Source: an uncultured virus (IMG/VR IMGVR_UViG_3300042453_005981) (lineage: Duplodnaviria; Heunggongvirae; Uroviricota; Caudoviricetes). From it: a DNA stretch of 64,000 nt. Made by a program: the position numbers and the translations under genes. The DNA lies in IMG/VR virus record IMGVR_UViG_3300042453_005981, one strand, 5' to 3'. Below the pieces are notes generated by a model. It was not told the DNA's origin. It did no database searches and worked only from the letters and a program-made list of their open reading frames with translations. Positions 20,401-29,700 of the stretch are shown here, piece by piece. The stretch's first letter is position 1. Every line of letters begins with the position of its first letter.

Positions 20401-21117
20401 GTGTCATTAAAATGCCCATTTTATAATCAAGCTTGTATACTTAAGCCCCAAGCAAATCTTCCTGAGTTTAAAGCTGAGCATGACTGCAAATCCCATATAC
20501 AAGCTTGTTCGTTTTTTATTAAAGAAAAAATCAAACAAATAAAAGTAGACACTAAAATTAAAATTATTATTAAACAAGTAAATAATGTTTATCTTGTGCA
20601 AGCTGATGGGTTAGTGTATCCAAACAATAATTTATTACATATTGATGATCCTCTTTTAAATAAGATGACCTTAAATCAAGCTCAGGCAAAATGCGATAAT
20701 ATTATCAAAAATCCTGTTAAAATGGGATATCCTTATAGTTTCCCTGTTCCCTCTAATTGGAAAATCAAACAAAAACATTTTATTAATGCTGTCATAGCTG
20801 GCGCTTCTAGACTTGTTAACGAAGCTGATGTTGCAAGTGCAATGAAGAAAACAATTTTATATGCAGATGAAATCGGCTTACAATCATTATTGTTTATGCC
20901 TTGTGATAATGGCACTCACGATATTTCCTTGACAAGTTTGTCACAACTGTCCTCAATCTTCACAATTTGTCAAAAACATGATTTCAAAAATTTAAAAACT
21001 ATTTTTATTTGCATGGCTGACGAGGAATCGGAGCAGGCTTTCATAGAATATTATAATAGGATCTTCGGGAGCAAAAATGAGCCAGGAAATGAAATCAACG
21101 TTGCAATCAATTCTTAA
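20401..21117 (+). CDS. macro-domain-like protein with Cys-rich N terminus
   Basis: ADGLVYPNN, KHFINAV, A..TILYADEIGLQSLLFMP fit the macro-domain pattern; GTATAAT 7 nt upstream. Confidence 0.6.
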   Translation: MSLKCPFYNQACILKPQANLPEFKAEHDCKSHIQACSFFIKEKIKQIKVDTKIKIIIKQVNNVYLVQADGLVYPNNNLLHIDDPLLNKMTLNQAQAKCDNIIKNPVKMGYPYSFPVPSNWKIKQKHFINAVIAGASRLVNEADVASAMKKTILYADEIGLQSLLFMPCDNGTHDISLTSLSQLSSIFTICQKHDFKNLKTIFICMADEESEQAFIEYYNRIFGSKNEPGNEINVAINS

Positions 21118-21355
21118 CTCAATTGAAAAGCCTGCATTTTTAAAACATCACAATAAAATAGAATTAGTTAATGAATTATTTTTGAGCCAGGGTTATACCA
21201 CTCAAAACTATTTAGACAAAAGCAAAGAAGCTGGCTGCTATATAGAAGAAAAAGACATTAATAATGATATGAAAATATGTGAAATTAAAAATTGCGACTT
21301 ACAACTCCTGAAACAATCTCAACAAAAACTTACAAAGGCAATGGCACTACTCTAA
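21077..21355 (+). CDS. hypothetical protein, weak PAS-like N terminus
   Basis: ILNSIEKPAFLK..KIELVNELF. Confidence 0.5.
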   Translation: MSQEMKSTLQSILNSIEKPAFLKHHNKIELVNELFLSQGYTTQNYLDKSKEAGCYIEEKDINNDMKICEIKNCDLQLLKQSQQKLTKAMALL

Positions 21356-21936
21356 TGGAAGAAAGAAACTACGATTTTTCAACTTTATCAGAAAGAATTT
21401 CTGCACAAACTCAAGCATACGTTGAGTTTTCTAATGCTCTCGTTAAAATTATTGAGCAAACTGCTGCCATTAGGGACACTAACAATCACTTACTAGATGA
21501 TTACAAAAATTTAAATGAAAAATTTCAAAAACTACTAGTTGATTTTAACACTTTTTCATTCCAAGCTAATTCAAGTTTTCAAGATCTTGACAGAGATTTA
21601 GTTGTCATTAAAACAAGTTTAGAAGATTATGAAAAACAATTGAAGGAACTCATTGAAGAAATGAATGAGCGCAACACCACTTTGTTTGATATGATTGAAG
21701 AACTTACAAAGCATTCAGAGCAAGTAAAAGAACACATAAGTTCTGATAACAATGGAGTAAAGAAAGCATTGGAAGATCTATCTGTGAGAGTGGAAAACCA
21801 GAATGTATTAATTGCTGAATTTAAAAAATCAATTGATAAATTCAAAATGTTTTTCTGGACAGTGGGTGTTTTTCTTTCTATAATAGGCGCACTATCTCAG
21901 TTTGGAATTATTTCCATTACTTGGTTTAAAAAATAA
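21355..21936 (+). CDS. coiled-coil protein with C-terminal transmembrane helix
   Basis: heptad-rich body and FFWTVGVFLSIIGALSQFGII; TAATG coupling at 21355. Confidence 0.65.
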   Translation: MEERNYDFSTLSERISAQTQAYVEFSNALVKIIEQTAAIRDTNNHLLDDYKNLNEKFQKLLVDFNTFSFQANSSFQDLDRDLVVIKTSLEDYEKQLKELIEEMNERNTTLFDMIEELTKHSEQVKEHISSDNNGVKKALEDLSVRVENQNVLIAEFKKSIDKFKMFFWTVGVFLSIIGALSQFGIISITWFKK

Positions 21937-22182
21937 TCACCCTAGTTTTTTGAAAAATTCTTCAACATTTGCTTCTTTCAATGGTTGAATAAATTTTTTG
22001 AAATTTTCTTCACAAAGTGGGCAAAACCATTCTTTCACAAACAAGGGTCTGTGATTGTAGCAGAAATATTGTTTACAACCATCACATACACAATAAGTTC
22101 TTAATGGAAGCCCATTGTTGCATAATGCACAGGTTTTTTGACCATTATTGTAATCTCCATATTGTCTTTCTTGATCAAACAC
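21937..22182 (-). CDS. small zinc-finger protein (AN1-like)
   Basis: CALC..C.CDGC..YFCYNHR..FCPLC; class B motif (AGG 22216). Confidence 0.6.
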   Translation of the reverse strand: MFDQERQYGDYNNGQKTCALCNNGLPLRTYCVCDGCKQYFCYNHRPLFVKEWFCPLCEENFKKFIQPLKEANVEEFFKKLG

Positions 22183-22235
22183 TTTAAATATTTCAACAAG
22201 TGGAATCCGCTTGCCTTCAAGAATTATAAATTATA

Positions 22236-23117
22236 ATGTCACTTATTTTCAGAGATCGTGTAAGACAAAAAGCAAACCCTTCAGGTACAGGATCTGTAAC
22301 TTTAGGAGCTTCAGTAGCAACATATAAACAATTTGTTAATGCTGACCTAAATAATGATAGTTTCCCTTATGCAATTGTAAATACATCTCAATTTGAAGTG
22401 GGAATTGGCAATTACATAACGCCTCTTGCTTCTGGAACTACTTATGGTGTATTAAATAGAAACTTAGTGTTATCTAATTCAAACAATGACACAAGCTTTA
22501 TAGCCTTTAATGGAAGCTCCGCTGATGTAATTATAACGAATGCTGCTGAGCTTTCCGTGTTAGTTTCCTCTCAGCCTGCCCCAGCTACATTTAAGCTCAT
22601 AAAATGGACTGGGGCTCAATATGAGCTGATTGATCCAATTGAGAATTTTACATCTCTTGGCACATCAATTGATTCATCAGTGATGTTTTTTAATGCTACA
22701 AACACAAATTTTCAAGCTGATCCAAAATTTCAATACTATCAAGGGAATGTTCCTGAATTATATTTAGATGGAGTGTTTCAAGCTACTGCAAAAGCTTTCA
22801 AAATTCCGCATCCGACAAAGCCAAAAGTTCATCTTCAACATGGTTGTTTAGAAGGACCTGAATATGGGATTTATCTTCGAGGCACAGCATCAATAAATTA
22901 CAAAACTTCTATAATTTTGCCCGATTATTTTACAGCACTAACACAATCTGACTCTTACACTGTTAGTGTATCAAGTAATTCCTTTATACCAGTGAAACAC
23001 AAGAAAGAAAAAAATAAAGTGGTTTTTAGTTTATTATTTCCTACAATCAAGCCAATAGAAATAGATTTCTTAATCATAGATAAAAGAACAGACATTGATT
23101 TCAAATTGGAGGTTTAA
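22236..23117 (+). CDS. tail/tail-fibre-associated protein
   Basis: DRVRQ...GTGSVTLG...FEVGIG N-domain and KAFKIPHP..LQHGCLEGPE.G.Y.RG C-domain, both common in phage fibre proteins. Confidence 0.7.
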   Translation: MSLIFRDRVRQKANPSGTGSVTLGASVATYKQFVNADLNNDSFPYAIVNTSQFEVGIGNYITPLASGTTYGVLNRNLVLSNSNNDTSFIAFNGSSADVIITNAAELSVLVSSQPAPATFKLIKWTGAQYELIDPIENFTSLGTSIDSSVMFFNATNTNFQADPKFQYYQGNVPELYLDGVFQATAKAFKIPHPTKPKVHLQHGCLEGPEYGIYLRGTASINYKTSIILPDYFTALTQSDSYTVSVSSNSFIPVKHKKEKNKVVFSLLFPTIKPIEIDFLIIDKRTDIDFKLEV

Positions 23118-23398
23118 TGTTTGGCGATTTAACTTTTGCAGGTGGCACATTTGCAGATATATTTGTAATATCTGGACAAATTGAATACTCTTATCGCAAA
23201 GGTCGCACTGCCGTTATTGCTGTTATTCCTGAAAATGGTAGCGTGGTCACAGGTGTTAGTGCTAAATTCATTCGCTCTAAAGTTGAGGCAATTTTACCTG
23301 AAGAAGGAACAATAACAACTAATGTAATTGTGAGAAAATTAAGAACAAAAGTAGAAAAAACTAAAACTGTAAACACAAACCCTCAACCAGGTTTGTAG
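23117..23398 (+). CDS. small virion-associated protein
   Basis: MFG..TFA...FAD N terminus typical of small phage tail proteins; TAATG coupling. Confidence 0.55.
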   Translation: MFGDLTFAGGTFADIFVISGQIEYSYRKGRTAVIAVIPENGSVVTGVSAKFIRSKVEAILPEEGTITTNVIVRKLRTKVEKTKTVNTNPQPGL

Positions 23399-23421
23399 CT
23401 CCAAAACTTTAATATTATAAC

Positions 23422-23778
23422 GTGGCTAATTTATTTTATCGAAACACTAATGCTAAAATTTCTTTTGAAGTTCTTGATGCTAATAATAATTTAGTTGGCT
23501 TATCTACTTCAAGAGAGGTATATTGGTATATTTTAACACCTGACAATCAGATTGTGTCAAATGATACAGATATTACCAGTTCTACATTTGCTAATGGCAC
23601 ACCAGTTTACTCTGCCACACCAGTAGTTCAAGAAGAAGAACCAGGCATTTATTACATTAATTATGTGTTGGCAAAGGTAGGTGAGTATAAATATAAATTT
23701 CAGGTGATTGACAATCCTACATCAACAAATGTAGCTATTTCTGGAAATATAAAAGTAATAACTGACGGAATATTTTAA
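23422..23778 (+). CDS. Ig-like virion protein
   Basis: PGIYYINY...GEYKYKF; class B motif (AGG 23389). Confidence 0.55.
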   Translation: MANLFYRNTNAKISFEVLDANNNLVGLSTSREVYWYILTPDNQIVSNDTDITSSTFANGTPVYSATPVVQEEEPGIYYINYVLAKVGEYKYKFQVIDNPTSTNVAISGNIKVITDGIF

Positions 23779-26700
23779 TGGCAAATACTAATAAAAATAT
23801 ATTGATTACTCCTGGTATTGGTGGAATTTTATCTTCCTCAATATCACAAATCGATTTTATTTGGTATGAGTCTGGGATAGGCACAAATATTTTTGCTCCG
23901 AATATCAATGATCTACGTTCAACTATATACACTTGGGAACAAAATTCCGAGCCTGTGCTTTTGATTGGTGGTATAGGAACACTAAATAATCAACGAAAAT
24001 TTGTTGGACCATATCAAGATTTTGTTGGCAGTTTCACTGGTATATCAAGTTTTCCTAACATACAATTTTTTCCTTTGTCTGGAAAAATTGTAGGAAACAC
24101 AATTTCAGTGAGTGGTGTATCCACTTTAGCTGGTATATATTTATCAGGTCCTTTATATGATATAAACAACAGAAGTGGATCGTTTGGACAAATATTGTCA
24201 TCTACCGCATCAGGTGTAGCCTGGACAAGCATTAGCTATACTGGAATTATTACTGCTATAGGTGGCATCACAAATAGATTAGCGAAATTTTTAGACGAAG
24301 ATTCTTTAGGAAATAGTTCAATTATTGATAATGGTACACAAGTTATTTTTGGAGTGGGCGTATCAGTTTTAGGCTTCTCCACTTCTCTTGGGTTTTTTGG
24401 ACCAGGTACTAATCTTACTAATCTGAATGCATCTAATCTTTTCTTTGGCACAGTGCCTAGTTCAGTGGTATCAGGTTCTTATTCAGGCATAACATCTGTC
24501 GGAAATCTTTCCAACTTGTTTGTTACTGGTCTCAGTACATCTCTAGCTTATTTTGGTTTTGGTTCAAATCTTACTAATCTAAATGCATCTAATTTATTCT
24601 CTGGAACAGTGCCTAGTTCAGTGGTATCAGGATCTTATTCAGGTATTACATCTGTTGGTAATTTGTCTAGTTTGTTTGTTACTGGATTAACAACATCCTT
24701 CAGCTATTTTGGTTTTGGTTCAAACCTTACTAATCTAAATGCATCTAATTTATTCTCTGGAACAGTGCCAAGCTCAGTGGTATCAGGATCTTATTCAGGT
24801 ATTACATCTGTTGGTAATTTGTCTAGTTTGTTTGTGACTGGATTAACAACATCCTTCAGCTATTTTGGATTTGGTTCAAACCTTACTAATCTAAATGCAT
24901 CTAATCTGTTTTCTGGTACAGTGCCTTCCGCTCGTATTTCAGGTTCTTACTCAGGTATTACATCTGTTGGTAATTTGTCTAGTTTGTTTGTTACTGGATT
25001 AACAACATCCTTCAGCTATTTTGGTTTTGGTTCAAACCTAACTAATCTAAATGCATCCAATCTGCTCTCTGGAACAGTGCCTAGTTCAGTGGTATCAGGT
25101 TCTTATTCAGGCATTACATCTGTTGGTAATTTGTCTAGTTTGTTTGTTACTGGATTAACAACATCCTTCAGCTATTTTGGATTTGGTTCAAATCTTACTA
25201 ATCTGAATGCATCTAATCTGTTCTCTGGAACAGTGCCTAGTTCAGTGGTATCAGGTTCTTATTCAGGCATTACATCTGTTGGCAATCTATCTAACTTATT
25301 TGTGACTGGATTAACAACATCCTTCAGCTATTTTGGATTTGGATCAAACCTCACTAATCTGAATGCATCCAATCTATTCTCTGGTACGGTGCCTAGCTCA
25401 GTGGTATCAGGCTCTTACTCAGGCATAACATCTGTTGGAAATTTGTCTAGTTTGTTTGTGACTGGATTAACAACATCCTTCAGCTATTTTGGTTTTGGTT
25501 CAAACCTAACTAATCTCAATGCATCTAATTTATTCTCTGGAACAGTGCCTAGTTCAGTGGTATCAGGATCTTACTCAGGTATTACATCTGTTGGAAATTT
25601 GTCTAGTTTGTTTGTGACTGGATTAACAACACTTAATAATATAGAAATTGATGGTTGGTTAAGAGATTCAAATAACTCAATTGGTTTAAGTGGTCAAATT
25701 TTATCTTCTACCTCAAATGGAATTGCGTGGACTTCCATAAGTGCCACTGGTATTATTACTTCGATAGGAGGATTAACTAATCGTGTTTCAAAATTTGTAG
25801 ATGAAGATTCTTTAACTAATTCCAATATTACAGACAATGGCTCAGTGGTAGATGTCAATTCAGTTTTTTCAGTTAGTGGTATTTCTACTTTTGCTAAGGA
25901 CATAATTGTAAATTTTGTAAATATTGGACTTGGCGAAAATCAAAATATTTCAAACACTGTTTTTGGAAATCAAGCACTTGTAAATAACACAGGTATCTTT
26001 AACGTAGCGATAGGAGCATCTGTTTTAAATGCTAATACCACAGGTTTTTCAAATGTTGGTCTTGGCTTTAGCGCATTAGCTTTTAACTTATCTGGTTTTG
26101 CTAACATTGGTATTGGTGCGAGAGCTTTATCTGGAAATGTATCTGGAAACAACAATATTGCAATTGGGCAATTTTCTTTAAGGAGTAATTTAACTGGTGG
26201 ACAAAACGTAGCAGTAGGAAGGCTTACTTTATTCCAAAACATTTCTGGAAATAACAATTCTGCTTTTGGTGATTTAGCTTTAAGAAACTGGGACGTGTCA
26301 TCAAATCAAACTGGTATAGGATATCAGGCTTTACAAGGAAATTCTACTGTTACACTCAATACTGGCGTGTTCAATGTTGCTATTGGCAATATGGCTGGTA
26401 TGGCTGTCAGTTCTGGATCTTATAATACTTTTGTGGGTTCACAAAGTGGTGATCAAACAACTACAGGAAGTAACAATACTTTCTTGGGCGGTTTCACAAA
26501 TGGATTAATTTCTGGTGATTATCAAATTGCTATTGGTCAGTCTGTTGTTGTTTCTGGCTCCAATCAAGGAGCATGGGGAGGCACAACAAACGTTACTCGG
26601 ACAAATTTAGGAATTGGAACTTTTAATCCTCTTTCAAGACTTCATGTAGAAACTCTTGCTGCTGGCAACATGGGGCTTTATATTGCTGGATCTGCATCTC

Positions 26701-29700
26701 AAACCGCCGATTTAGTAGAAATAAATGCCACAACAAATGGTCAAAATTATTTTACAATTACTGGAATTGGCTCTGTTGGTATCTATACATCTTTGCCTTC
26801 ACAGCAATTTCAAGTGAATGGCAATGCAAGGGTTACAGGTGGAATCTTTGACTCAAATAACTTTATAGGTTCAGCTAATCAATTATTGTCATCAACAGGC
26901 TCTGGAATTGCGTGGACATCTACAGCAGGAGCAGGAATTGTAACTGGCGCTGGTGTAGCAACAAGAATTGCTTACTTTAGCGGTCCAAACACTTTAACAA
27001 GCAATTCTAATTTTATTATTGATTCCAACGGTAATTTTGGAATTAGCACATCAGCTCCAAGAAACAGACTTGAAGTAAGTAGTTCAGCAAGATTCAGCGC
27101 AAGTGTTATTTTTTACGGTTCAACCGCAAATGAAGCTTTTGCACTCACACAACTATTTGACACCACTTATTTTAACACTAACAACGTATTGAGATTCAGA
27201 CAAGGAGGGTCCACTGCTGGAGCGATAGCATTCTCTTTTTATGACTTTTTGCCTAACTTGTTTATGACGTTAGATGGTTCTAATGCACCAAGAGTTGGGA
27301 TAGGTACGACTGGACCTTTGCAAACGTTGCATGTTGGTGGAAATACATTAATATCAGGATTGACAACAGCGTTTAGCTATTTTGGATTTGGTTCAAATCT
27401 TACTAATCTGAATGCATCAAATCTATTCTCTGGTACAGTTCCTAGTTCAGTGGTATCAGGTTCTTACACAGGTATCACTTCTGTTGGCAATTTAACTAAT
27501 TTAAATGTAATAGGCATTTCAACGGTTACTAATTTTAGAGTATTAAATGGTTTATATGACTCAAATAATTTAGTTGGATTAGCAAATTCAGTTTTATCTT
27601 CAACAGGTTCTGGTGTGCTTTGGGTAGCCCCTGCGAGCGGAGGTCCAGGCGGTGGTACTATTAATGGCACGATAGAAGCAAATAGAATTGCTTTTGGGGC
27701 TGCGAGCAATACTATTACAGGCATTTCTACTTTTGTGTATAGTAACCAAGGCTTTATTGGCATAAACACTTCAAACCCAAACGCAAACTTAGATGTCCAA
27801 GGCACTTTCTTGGCAACAGGAATGTCCACTTTCTTAAATCTTAATGTTTTAGGTAGACTTTATGACAGAAGCGTTGGGAGTGGTAATACAGGTCAAATTT
27901 TAGTATCAACAAATTCTGGAGTAGCTTGGACAACAATTGATGCAATTTTTTATCAACTTGCAGATTCACAAATAGCATTTGGGCTAGGCAGTGATACCAT
28001 TTATGGTGTTTCCACTTTTGTTTATAGTGGGGGTAACTTGGGTATTGGCACTTCTGCGCCACTGCAGACACTTCATGTTGTCGGCAATGCGTTAATATCA
28101 GGTCTCACAACATCTTTAGCTTACTTTGGCTTTGGTTCAAACCTTACTAATCTAAATGCATCTAATCTGTTCTCTGGAACAGTGCCAAGTTCAGTGGTGT
28201 CAGGTTCTTATGCAGGTATTACATCTGTTGGCAATCTATCTAACTTATTTGTAACTGGTATTGCTACTCTCGTTAATGCTGAAATAGATGGCTGGCTTAA
28301 AGACAGAAGTGGATCTATTGGCACTCTTGGTCAAGTGTTATCATCCACTGGTTCAGGTGTTGCATGGTCATCTGTTTCATCTATTGGCATTATTACTGGT
28401 TCAGGAACCATAAATACTATTGCTAAATTTGGTGCATCTAGCTCTTTAATTAATTCAAATATCACTGATAATGGTATTGCTGTTACTGTAAACTCAAGAG
28501 TATTTGTCAACGGAATTGGGTCATTCTTGGGTGATATTTTTGTTAATCAAATGACTGTTGGTCTAGGAAGTCAACAATCTACTGGTAATGTAGCAATTGG
28601 TTTTCAGGCTTTTCAGACAGCTTCTCCTTCTGCTAGTGGCAATGTTGCTGTTGGCGACAGGGCTATGCAAACTACTTCTAATGCAATTTTTGGAAATGTA
28701 GCTATTGGACAATTAGCTCTTGCGGTTAACCAAGCGAACAGAAACATTGCTATTGGCGCACAGGCTTTAAGCTCAAATACTTCTGGCACTGGAAATATAG
28801 CTATTGGTCATCAAGCTTTATCTTTAAGTACTGTTGATTTAGGAAATATTGCAATCGGCGATAGGGCAATGAGGTTCCTTACTGGAGGAAGTGGAGGAAA
28901 TAACATTGCAATAGGTGGTGGTGCTAACTTAACTACAGCTGCTGAAACAACTTTTGTTGGAGCTACCGCTGGCAATAATTACACCACTCAAGGGCAACAC
29001 GTTGCAGTTGGGGCGTATGCTTTAGTTGGTGTGTCTACAACTGCTGCAACTGGAACTCAAAATACAGCTATCGGATATTCAGTAATGACTGGAATTACAG
29101 GTGGCAGTGCAAACGTTGGATTAGGGCACTTTGCGTTAAATGCTCTTACTTCAGGTAATAGCAACACTGGATTGGGATATTTTGCATTGGTTTCAAATAC
29201 CACAGGTAGCTTTAATGTGGCAGTGGGCAGAGAAGCGTTAAGATATTACACAACTATAAGCAATCAAACAGCTGTTGGTTATCAAGCTTTGCGTGGTAAT
29301 TCTGATACTACTTTGAATACTGGCACAAGCAATGTAGCTATTGGTTATCAGGCTGGTCTTGCTAATTCATCTGGATTTTTAAATACATACTTAGGACACC
29401 AAGCTGGTTTAGCCAATGCCAACGGAACTCACAATACTTTTATAGGCGCAACTGTTGGATCGGCTTCTACATCTAATCACAACACGATTATTGGGGCGGC
29501 TTCATATCAGGCTAACAACTTGGGCGAAGCAAACATTGTTGTTGGTAGCCTTTCTGCACAACTAAACACTTCTGGCAGCTACAACACAGTTGTAGGATAC
29601 AATGTGTTTAATAGTAACACTACTGGTGGTAACAATGCGGCGTTTGGCTTTAATGCATTAGCGTCTAATAATACTGGTGGTCAAAATATTGCGATTGGTA

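Noticed and set aside
24405..25631. Repeat array as a CRISPR array or DGR template/variable region
   Set aside because: No unique spacers, in-frame coding, differences mostly synonymous and not adenine-specific; no cas or reverse transcriptase gene in the window
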